The translations under genes and the position numbers were made by a program. Below are positions 1 through 9,188 of a stretch of 57,610 bases of DNA, in pieces (the stretch's first letter is position 1; each line of letters begins with the position of its first letter). Under the pieces are notes generated by a model. The model was not told the origin of the DNA and did not search any database. It saw only the letters and a program-made list of their open reading frames with translations. Source of the DNA: Acidimicrobiales bacterium (lineage in GTDB: Bacteria; Actinomycetota; Acidimicrobiia; Acidimicrobiales; SKKL01); the NCBI GenBank assembly GCA_007121465.1, contig SKKL01000048.1, positions 1 through 57,610 of the forward strand. Direction: 5' to 3'.

Positions 1-461
1 TCCTCGTTCTGCGACCTGTCCGAAGTCGCTTTGGCTGACGGTCGGGAACGGCGCTCGCCGCCCTTGTTTCGGGATCCGCGGCGGGGTTCGTTGCTACGGC
101 TGGGGCGCTCACGATCCTCCGCGTCGGTGTCGGGCGGCGAGTCATCCTGGTCGGCCGAGTCGGTGTCGGGCGGCGAGTCATCGGCAGTCGATGCCGTGTC
201 TCGGCGACGCGACCCCCCACCGGAACCGCCACCCTGGCGCCGCGACCCACGGCGACGTTCACGCCGATCGACCTTGGGTCGGGGCTGGACCGGCCGCACC
301 CGGGCTCGCACCCGAGCCTCGCCACGCATCCGACCGAACAGGCCGGGGCGGGGTTCCTCGAGGATCTCGAACTCGGCGTCGGACTCCTCGACGTGCAACT
401 GATCGAGCGCCAGTTCCTTGGCGGCGTCGACGGACTTCGCGGTGGTTTCTACCCACTCCAC
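1..461 (-). CDS. Jag/KhpB-type (Jag_N, R3H family) RNA-binding protein, N-terminal part; runs off the left edge
   Basis: Hand translation of the minus strand from GTG at 459-461 gives MEWVETTAKSVDAAKELALDQLHVEESDAEFEILEEPRPGLFGR..., a typical Jag_N start. I checked the frame codon by codon and it is open to position 1. It starts 2 nt after the yidC stop, which is the canonical yidC-jag order. It is absent from the ORF track because it has no stop in the window. Confidence 0.8.
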   Translation of the reverse strand, partial: MEWVETTAKSVDAAKELALDQLHVEESDAEFEILEEPRPGLFGRMRGEARVRARVRPVQPRPKVDRRERRRGSRRQGGGSGGGSRRRDTASTADDSPPDTDSADQDDSPPDTDAEDRERPSRSNEPRRGSRNKGGERRSRPSAKATSDRSQNE

Positions 462-463
462 TG

Positions 464-1630
464 TCAGGACCTCTTCTTCTTGCGGCGAGCGGGCGTCGAC
501 CGGGAGGACGATCCGCCCTTCGGTGTGGTGCGGCCGGACCCGTTGGTGCTCGGCTTACCGTTGTTCGTCCCACCCGAGTTCCCCCCGGGCTTGGACCGGC
601 CGGTCGATTTGGCGTTGCGAGAGGGCTTGGCGCTGTCCGACGGGGTCGCCTTGCCGGCGTCGCCCTTGGAGCCCGAGCCCTTGTCGGTCCGGCCCTTCGT
701 CTCGTTCTTGTCCGAACCCCGACCTCGGGGCGTTCCCTTGTCGGTCTTGTTCGTGCGTTCCTCGCCCGTGGTGTCGATCGGACCCGATCCATCTCCTCCG
801 GCGGTGGCCAGGTTGGTGGCACCGATCCCGAGCAGTGCCTGGACGCCACTGATGTTGTACAGGCGCATCGAGATGGCGGCGTTCTGGAAGATCCGGTAGA
901 GGTTCGACACGAAGAAGTAGATGACCAGACCGGCAGCGAAGTTGAACGAGATGAAGGCGAAGAAGATCGGGAGGACCCGGAGGAGGATCTTCTGCTGAGG
1001 CGGCATCTCGACGTTCGGGTTACGGACCGACATCTGCTTCTGCTGGAGGAAGGCAGACCCGGCAACCACGAGGATCAGCACCATGTACGGCAACCCGGCA
1101 CCAAAGGAGTCCTGCAGGGCGGCCGCGGCCGAGCGGGACAGGTCCATCCCCACCGATGGCATGTCGCTGCTTCCGAGGAGAGCGTTGTAGAGCTCGCTGT
1201 CAGGGAACTGGTCCAGGTACTTCGGTGCGAAGGTGCCCTCCTCGATGCCCAGGGTCGCGGCCTGGTCGGCCGAGGCGCCGCGGGTGAGGCCGTAGATGAC
1301 CTGGTAGAGGATGATGAAGAACGGGATCTGCAACAGCATCGGCAGACAGCCACCGAGCGGGTTGATCTTGTTCTCTCGGTAGAAGGCGAGGAGTTCCTCG
1401 TTCATCTTCTGACGATCGTCAGCGAACTCCTGCTGGATCTTCTTCATCTCGGGTGCCATCGCCGACATCGTCATCATCGAGCGAGTGGCCTTCACGTTGA
1501 GAGGCGTGACGATCACCATGATGGTCAGCGTCAACAACGTGATCGCCCAGAAATAGGATCCACCGACGAGTGGCAACTCGTAGAACCAGGCCAGAAGCCA
1601 GGCGATGCCATTGAAAAATGGGTCGAACAT
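464..1630 (-). CDS. yidC: Membrane protein insertase YidC
   Basis: 388-aa ORF with NKINPLGGCLPMLLQIPFFIILYQV and multiple TM segments typical of YidC/Oxa1. It carries a roughly 110-aa Lys/Gly/Ser/Thr-rich C-terminal tail and sits in the conserved rnpA-yidD-yidC-jag order. Confidence 0.95.
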   Translation of the reverse strand: MFDPFFNGIAWLLAWFYELPLVGGSYFWAITLLTLTIMVIVTPLNVKATRSMMTMSAMAPEMKKIQQEFADDRQKMNEELLAFYRENKINPLGGCLPMLLQIPFFIILYQVIYGLTRGASADQAATLGIEEGTFAPKYLDQFPDSELYNALLGSSDMPSVGMDLSRSAAAALQDSFGAGLPYMVLILVVAGSAFLQQKQMSVRNPNVEMPPQQKILLRVLPIFFAFISFNFAAGLVIYFFVSNLYRIFQNAAISMRLYNISGVQALLGIGATNLATAGGDGSGPIDTTGEERTNKTDKGTPRGRGSDKNETKGRTDKGSGSKGDAGKATPSDSAKPSRNAKSTGRSKPGGNSGGTNNGKPSTNGSGRTTPKGGSSSRSTPARRKKKRS

Positions 1631-1908
1631 CAGTGAGCTTTCGGTTCAGGGACCAGGTCGATGCCATGTCCGCCCCACGGGTGGCACCGGCCGAGGCGGC
1701 GTGCGGTCAGCCAGGCGCCGCGGATCGCGCCGTGGGTCTCGACCGCTTCCAGGGAGTAGGCAGAACACGAGGGGAAGTACCGGCACGGCGATGGTCGGCC
1801 GGCTCGGAGGTACTGATAGGAGCGGACGAGCCGCATGAGCGCTCGGGCCGCCACGCCAGACCGAGGTGGTGCGTCGACCCCAGGGGTCGTCGTAGCCGGC
1901 GCGGTCAT
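1630..1908 (-). CDS. yidD: Membrane protein insertion efficiency factor YidD
   Basis: 92-aa ORF with [30 protein letters not shown] and [13 protein letters not shown] motifs. Its start forms an ATGA overlap with the rnpA stop, and its stop overlaps the yidC ATG by 1 nt. Confidence 0.85.
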   Translation of the reverse strand: MTAPATTTPGVDAPPRSGVAARALMRLVRSYQYLRAGRPSPCRYFPSCSAYSLEAVETHGAIRGAWLTARRLGRCHPWGGHGIDLVPEPKAH

Positions 1909-2243
1909 CGGGACTCGCTCGCCAGCCGCTGGAGGGCGTGCTCGAGACAGGCGGTCAGCTCGCCATAGGTCAACGACGTCGCCTCCGGTTGTGCACCGAG
2001 GAGGTATGCCCCGGGGGGTATGTGTCCGGCTCGGTCCGCCTCGATGAGCAACGCCCGTAGGCGCCGGCGCAGACGATTGCGGGCGACGGCATTGCCGACC
2101 CGCCGCCCGAGAGCGAACGCGACGCGCGGCGGCTCGTCCGGCCGGTCCGGCAGGTGAACGATCCAGAGAGGACCGCTCCGGACCCGCCGCCCGCGCCGAC
2201 GCAGGGAAGCAAAGGTCGCTCGGTCACGCAGCGACCAGATCAG
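1905..2243 (-). CDS. rnpA: RNase P protein component (5' end unresolved)
   Basis: The C-terminal part of ORF 1905..2693 reads ...[27 protein letters not shown]...[17 protein letters not shown], the RnpA signature including the RNR motif. There is no in-frame ATG/GTG/TTG between 2438 and 2051. The 5' end given here is the CTG that overlaps the rpmH stop. See findings. Confidence 0.8.
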   Translation of the reverse strand: MIWSLRDRATFASLRRRGRRVRSGPLWIVHLPDRPDEPPRVAFALGRRVGNAVARNRLRRRLRALLIEADRAGHIPPGAYLLGAQPEATSLTYGELTACLEHALQRLASESR

Positions 2244-2374
2244 GCTGACAGTCGAGCCCGACCCTTGCGGCGACGGGCCTTCACGATGGCCCGCCCCGCA
2301 CGGTCGGACATGCGGTGGCGGAACCCGTGCCGCTTGGCACGCTTCCGGACGTTGGGCTGGTAGGTTCGCTTCAC
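2240..2374 (-). CDS. rpmH: 50S ribosomal protein L34
   Basis: Hand translation from GTG (2372-2374) gives [44 protein letters not shown], 44 aa. A GAGGAGG Shine-Dalgarno lies 7 nt upstream. The gene is too short for the ORF track. Confidence 0.95.
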   Translation of the reverse strand: MKRTYQPNVRKRAKRHGFRHRMSDRAGRAIVKARRRKGRARLSA

Positions 2375-2829
2375 AGCTGGGCCTCCTCGACCTGCGGACA
2401 ACCGTCCACAGCGGCGGAACCGGCGATGTCCGAGACATCAGGACCGGCACAGGATTGTGGGTCGGTCGCAGTGCCACCGGTGCACACCGGGGACCGGGGA
2501 CCGGTCCGGGCGCGCACCACCTGGCGCGACGACACGCCTGGACGAAGGGTAGAGGTGCCCGCCCACTCGGAGCAACTGCGGGGCCGGGCGACGCCGACGA
2601 TCGCCATCCCCGGCCTCCACAGGCGTTCGACGCGAGATGTGTTACATCAGTGCAATTCAAACGGGCTGAGCAGGCCTGACAAACACCGACCAACGCTCCC
2701 GTGCAGCAGCAGGGACCGCGGTGCTAGGTTCCTCAACCTTGACGATCGCCCCGCCGGGCTCACCCACCGACGCTGTCGGCAACGGTGGTGAACATCCCCG
2801 GAGCCGGTTGTCATCAGTTGTTCAGCGCG

Positions 2830-2861
2830 TTATCCACAGCTGTGGATCGTACTGTGGATCT
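2830..2861. promoter_or_regulatory. Three clustered DnaA boxes immediately upstream of dnaA
   Basis: TTATCCACA (2830-2838, perfect E. coli-type consensus), TGTGGATCG (2841-2849, inverted) and TGTGGATCT (2853-2861, inverted). They end 12 nt before the dnaA ORF start. Confidence 0.7.
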
Positions 2862-2872
2862 CCGAACCGAAC

Positions 2873-4327
2873 TTGAGGGAGGCGGTCGAACTGGTGCAGG
2901 AAGCCGACGTCCTCTGGGACGCATGTACCGACATCCTCCGGGCCCAGGTCTCCGACGCTGTCTGGTTGACGTCGTTCAACGGGGCCCAACCGCTCTCGTT
3001 GAACCAGGGGGTGCTCACCCTCGCCGTGCCGAGCACCGTGGTGAAGGAGCGGATCGAAGGTCGCTACCTCGCGCTGGTCCGAGACGCGCTCTCGGAGGCA
3101 GGTGCTGACGAGGTCGCGCTCGCCATCGAGGTGCACACCGACGCCGAGGAAGGTCCCGACCCGCTCACCCACCTCGACGGAATCGACCCTGACCGGCTCG
3201 TCGCCGAGTCGCTCAGCTCCAACGGGGTGACCACCGACTACGACCTCAGCCCCACCGAGGTCGCCACCGAACCCGCGGGTGACCCCCTCGGGGGCCCGAC
3301 CGAGACGGGCGAGCCCCGCTACAGCTTCGAGTCCTTCGTCATCGGCTCGTCCAACCGCTTCGCCCACGCCGCCGCTCTCTCGGTGGCCGAACAGCCCGGT
3401 CGTTCCTACAACCCGTTGTTCATCCACGGGCGCGCCGGCTTGGGCAAGACCCACCTGCTCCAAGCCATCGCCCACTACGTGCGCAGCGTCTACCCGCGTT
3501 CCACGGTCCGCTATGTCGCCACCGAGACGTTCCTCAACCAGTTCGTCGACGCCATCCGCACCAACACGCCGAACGACTTCAAGCGTCGCTACCGCGAGAT
3601 CGACGTCTTGTTGCTCGACGACATCCAGTTCATCGAAGGTCGTGAAGGGCTCCAGGAGGAGCTGTTCCACACCTTCAACCGCCTGCACGAGGCGAACCGC
3701 CAGATCGTGCTCTCCTCGGATAGGCCGCCCGACGCCATGGCCACCCTCGAGGACCGCCTCCGCAGCCGGTTCAAGATGGGTCTCATCACCGACATCCAGC
3801 CACCGGACTTCGAGACCCGCCTCGCCATCGTCCGCAAGAAGGCCGAGCGTGAGACCTTTGTCATCCCACCCGACGTCCTCGAGTTCATCGCCACCCACAT
3901 CAAAGAGAACATCCGCGAGCTCGAAGGTGCACTGACACGGGTCGCCGCCTACTCCAGCCTCAACCGGATCGCGATCACCGCTGACATCGCCGAGCAGGTC
4001 CTCGCCGACCTCGTGGGCGACACCCAGCCTCGTGTCATCACTCCTCAGCTCATCCTCGACGCCACCTCCGCGATGTTCGGCTATCCGATCGAGGAGATCA
4101 TCGGCAAGAGCAGGCGCCGGCCTCTCGTCACCGCTCGCCAGGTCGCGATGTATGTCTTCCGGGAGCTCACCGATCTCAGCTTCCCCGCCATCGCCCGTGA
4201 GTTCGGCGGTCGCGACCACACCACCGTCATCCACGCCGTCGACAAGATCAGCTCGCTCATGAAGGAGCGCCGCCAGATCTACGACCAGGTCACCGAGCTC
4301 ATGCACACCATCCGGGGTGGAGAATGA
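2873..4327 (+). CDS. dnaA: Chromosomal replication initiator protein DnaA
   Basis: 484-aa ORF with Walker A GRAGLGKTHLLQA, the box VII region and the C-terminal DNA-binding helix (VTARQVAMYVFRELTDLSFPAIAREFGGRDHTTVIHA). TTG at 2873 is the ORF-track start. An in-frame GTG at 2894, preceded by GGGAGG, is an equally plausible start. Confidence 0.97.
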   Translation: MREAVELVQEADVLWDACTDILRAQVSDAVWLTSFNGAQPLSLNQGVLTLAVPSTVVKERIEGRYLALVRDALSEAGADEVALAIEVHTDAEEGPDPLTHLDGIDPDRLVAESLSSNGVTTDYDLSPTEVATEPAGDPLGGPTETGEPRYSFESFVIGSSNRFAHAAALSVAEQPGRSYNPLFIHGRAGLGKTHLLQAIAHYVRSVYPRSTVRYVATETFLNQFVDAIRTNTPNDFKRRYREIDVLLLDDIQFIEGREGLQEELFHTFNRLHEANRQIVLSSDRPPDAMATLEDRLRSRFKMGLITDIQPPDFETRLAIVRKKAERETFVIPPDVLEFIATHIKENIRELEGALTRVAAYSSLNRIAITADIAEQVLADLVGDTQPRVITPQLILDATSAMFGYPIEEIIGKSRRRPLVTARQVAMYVFRELTDLSFPAIAREFGGRDHTTVIHAVDKISSLMKERRQIYDQVTELMHTIRGGE

Positions 4328-4335
4328 CGCACGCG

Positions 4336-4553
4336 CCGGTGGACGACCAGGGGACGACCCTGTGGGGAACACTGGTCACCTCGGTGGATGACCAAACGCT
4401 CCTCCACCGAATTCCACCGGCGTCGTTTCTGACCTGGGGACGGCTGGGGACGACGGTCGGACATCCACACCTCCGCTGACCTGGGACGATAGGTGTTCGT
4501 CCACAATCCACAGCCCTTACTACGATCACCAACCAGATGAACCCATCTCCACG
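4336..4553. other. Candidate oriC core: DnaA-box cluster in the dnaA-dnaN spacer
   Basis: About nine 9-mers are close to TT(A/G)TCCACA in both orientations. The best are ACATCCACA 4461-4469, TCGTCCACA 4497-4505 and CAATCCACA 4504-4512. Weaker ones include GGTGGACGA 4338-4346, TGTGGGGAA 4361-4369, GGTGGATGA 4383-4391, AATTCCACC 4411-4419 and ATCTCCACG 4545-4553. The dnaA-dnaN spacer is the usual oriC location in Actinomycetota. Confidence 0.6.
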
Positions 4554-4574
4554 TGTAGAAAGCGGGAAAACCTC

Positions 4575-5675
4575 GTGAAGTTCCGATGCGAACGAGACCG
4601 GCTGGTCGAGGCACTGGGTACCGCGGGGCGCGCGGTGTCCACCCGAGGTGGCACCCTGACCGCCCTCACCGGCATCCGTGCCGAGCTCGTCGGTGACCAC
4701 CTGTCGCTCACCGGCACCGACCTCGAGCTGACGATCACCGTCGAGATCGAGGTCAACGGCGAGGCCGACGGCGTGGTGGTCCTGCCGGCCAAGCTCACCG
4801 CGGAGATCATCCGCTCGCTTCCTGACGGCGCTGTGCAGGTCACGGTGGGCGACGAGGAAGCCGAGATCATCTCGGGGTCGGCCACCTTCACGGTTCTGCT
4901 GCTCGCCCCCGAAGGCTTTCCCCAGCAGCACACCGCCGAGGCCGATCCCGTCAACGTGCCCACTGCCGAGCTGGCCAGCGCCATCCGCCAGGTGGTGCGA
5001 GCAGCCAGTCGCGACGAAACCCGGTCGGTTGCGCTCACCGGAGTTCTCCTGGCGGCCGAGGCCGAGGGACTGCGCCTCGTCGCGACCGACTCCTACCGCC
5101 TCGCCATGCGCGACTTGCCCGGCCTGTCGCTCCTCGGCGCCGAGGCCCAGGTCATCGTTCCCGCTCGAGCCTTGTCCGAGCTGGTCCGTTTGCTCGGTGA
5201 TTCCGAGACCGTCGAGGTTCGCCTCGATGCCGGCACCGCGTCGTTCGGGGTCGGAACGGCCCAGGTCACCACTCGTCTCATCGAAGCCGAGTACCCGAAC
5301 TATCGAGGGCTGATCCCGTCGAACCAGCCGAACCGCCTCACCGTCGGCCGCGATGCCCTGCTCGAGGCGGTCCGGCGTGTTGCGCTCATGGTGCAGTCGA
5401 CCCCGACCCCGATCCGACTCGTGTCCTCGGCGGACCAGCTTGAGTTGCTGGCGATCACCCCCGACCGCGGGGAGGCCCGTGAGGCCGTTCCCGCCAAGTA
5501 CGAGGGTGAGGAGCTCACCGTGGCGTTCAACCCCGAGTACCTGCTCGCCGGAATCGACGCCACCAGCGGGGACGAGATCAGCATCGAGACCGTCGATGGT
5601 CTGAAGCCGGCGCTGCTGCGCTCGAGCGAGGACGAAGGGTTCTTGTACCTGTTGATGCCGGTCCGGGTGTCCTGA
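4575..5675 (+). CDS. dnaN: DNA polymerase III beta sliding clamp
   Basis: 366-aa ORF starting MKFRCERDRLVEALGTAGRAVS with a C-terminal ...LLMPVRVS. Typical DnaN length and position after dnaA. Confidence 0.97.
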   Translation: MKFRCERDRLVEALGTAGRAVSTRGGTLTALTGIRAELVGDHLSLTGTDLELTITVEIEVNGEADGVVVLPAKLTAEIIRSLPDGAVQVTVGDEEAEIISGSATFTVLLLAPEGFPQQHTAEADPVNVPTAELASAIRQVVRAASRDETRSVALTGVLLAAEAEGLRLVATDSYRLAMRDLPGLSLLGAEAQVIVPARALSELVRLLGDSETVEVRLDAGTASFGVGTAQVTTRLIEAEYPNYRGLIPSNQPNRLTVGRDALLEAVRRVALMVQSTPTPIRLVSSADQLELLAITPDRGEAREAVPAKYEGEELTVAFNPEYLLAGIDATSGDEISIETVDGLKPALLRSSEDEGFLYLLMPVRVS

Positions 5676-5682
5676 CCTCCGG

Positions 5683-6762
5683 GTGCGTGTCGACGAGCTC
5701 TGGCTGACCGACTTCCGGTCATACCCCGAGGCCCACGCCCGGTTCGCCCCCGGCGTGACCGCGGTCCTCGGATCGAACGGCCAGGGCAAGACCAACCTGG
5801 TCGAGGCGGTGGCTTTCCTCGCCACGACCGGGTCGTTCCGCGGTGCTCCGACCGACGCGCTGGTGCGGGCGGGCGCCGAGACCGCGGTGGTGCGGGCTCG
5901 TGCCGATCGGGAGGGTCGGGAGCTGCTGGTCGAAGCCGAGTTGGCCGTGGCCGGCCGGACCCGTATCCAGGTCAACCGCCAGCGTCTCGGGCGCTCGAAG
6001 GACCTGCTCGGCGCCATCCGGGTCACGGTGTTCTCCCCCGACGATCTCGAGTTGGTCAAGGGCGGGCCGTCGGAGCGTCGTCGGTACCTCGACGACCTCC
6101 TCGTCGCGATCCATCCTCGCAACGACAAGGTCCGCACCGACGTCGACAAGGTCCTGCGCCAGCGCAATGCTCTGTTGCGTCAGGCCGGTGGGCGTGTCAG
6201 TCCGGATGTCGCGGCGACTCTCGACGTGTGGGATTCCCGGTTGGCCGCGGCGGGGGATGCTCTCGGCAACGAGCGTCGCCGACTCGTCGAACAGATGGCC
6301 GGGGGTTTGTCCCGCTCCTACCAGACCGTGGCCGGGACGCCGGTGAGCATCGACGCCCGCTACGACCCGGCGTGGTTGAGCGACGGCCTGGCCACCGCGC
6401 TGGTCGCTGCTCGAGACGACGACATCCGCCGCGGGGTCACCACCGTCGGCCCCCACCGCGACGAGATCGACCTCCGAATCGACGGGCTGCCGGCGCGAAC
6501 GCACGCGTCCCAGGGTGAGCAGCGATCTCTGGCGTTCGCGCTCCGGATGGTCGGCCACACCCTCGTCACCGGCGCGGTCGGGGTGCCTCCCGTCCTGATC
6601 CTCGATGATGTCTTCTCCGAGCTCGATCCCTATCGCAGCCGGGCCCTCCTCGACGCGATCCCGACGGCTCAGACGATCCTCACCACCGCCGGGGAGCTCC
6701 CCGCCGGGGTGACCCCCGACGTCGTGCTGACGATCACCGACGGCCGGTTAGCCTCGAGCTGA
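5683..6762 (+). CDS. recF: DNA replication and repair protein RecF
   Basis: 359-aa ORF with N-terminal LTDFRSY...GVTAVLGSNGQGKTNLVEAV (Walker A), the SMC-like signature ASQGEQRSLAFAL and Walker B VLILDDVFSELD. Confidence 0.95.
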   Translation: MRVDELWLTDFRSYPEAHARFAPGVTAVLGSNGQGKTNLVEAVAFLATTGSFRGAPTDALVRAGAETAVVRARADREGRELLVEAELAVAGRTRIQVNRQRLGRSKDLLGAIRVTVFSPDDLELVKGGPSERRRYLDDLLVAIHPRNDKVRTDVDKVLRQRNALLRQAGGRVSPDVAATLDVWDSRLAAAGDALGNERRRLVEQMAGGLSRSYQTVAGTPVSIDARYDPAWLSDGLATALVAARDDDIRRGVTTVGPHRDEIDLRIDGLPARTHASQGEQRSLAFALRMVGHTLVTGAVGVPPVLILDDVFSELDPYRSRALLDAIPTAQTILTTAGELPAGVTPDVVLTITDGRLASS

Positions 6763-7088
6763 TGGCCTGGCGTCCGTTGCCCGACCCCGACGGTGAGCCA
6801 CCCGCGCCCATCTCGGAGTCGCTCGACCGGGTCCTGCGAGCGTTGGGATCACCCCCGATGGCGACCCGCGACGAGCTGTTCGACGTGTGGCCGGAGGTGG
6901 TGGGTCCGGCGATCGCGGGCACGTGCCGTCCTGTCTCGCTGACCGGCGGAACCCTCACCGTGGTGGTGCCCGACGGGGGGTGGGCCAGCCAGTTGCGGTG
7001 GATGGGTCCCGAGCTGGTCACCAAGCTCGCGGTGCGCCTCGGTCCCGGTGTCGTGGAGCGCATCGAGACCCGCGTCCGGCCGGACTGA
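6762..7088 (+). CDS. dciA: DUF721 (DciA-like) protein
   Basis: 108-aa ORF between recF and gyrB, with a TGATG overlap on the recF stop. The pattern ...LFDVWPEVVGPAIAGTCRPVSLTGGTLTVVVPDGGWASQLRWM... is typical of DUF721. The mycobacterial protein at the same position (Rv0004) is the DciA helicase-loader-type protein. Confidence 0.75.
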   Translation: MAWRPLPDPDGEPPAPISESLDRVLRALGSPPMATRDELFDVWPEVVGPAIAGTCRPVSLTGGTLTVVVPDGGWASQLRWMGPELVTKLAVRLGPGVVERIETRVRPD

Positions 7089-7181
7089 CCCGGAGAATTC
7101 CGGACGAGGGCCGGCACCGACCCATGAGCCTCGCTGTCGGTGGGTGCTGGTATGCTGTGAACATCGTGTTTACCGGCCTGA

Positions 7182-9187
<2,006 letters not shown>

Positions 9188-9188
<1 letters not shown>

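Noticed and set aside
124-182. 23-bp perfect direct repeat (TCGGTGTCGGGCGGCGAGTCATC at 124-146 and 160-182), with a period of 36 bp.
   Set aside because: It lies inside the Jag linker and simply encodes a duplicated DDSPPDTD peptide. There are only two copies, they are in frame, and nothing resembles a CRISPR spacer-repeat pattern.
2822-4372. 516-aa ORF antisense to dnaA. Similar long antisense or out-of-frame ORFs include 4299..6167(-), 9641..11275(-), 14310..16157(+), 16882..18162(+), 29731..31515(-), 32211..34454(-), 32952..35303(+), 45409..46755(-), 51983..53977(+), 53993..55321(+) and 55410..56888(-).
   Set aside because: Their translations are Arg/Pro/Gly/Ala-rich, low-complexity and without recognisable motifs. 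Each one overlaps a gene with unmistakable family signatures in another frame. Stop-codon depletion in roughly 70% GC DNA produces such ORFs routinely.
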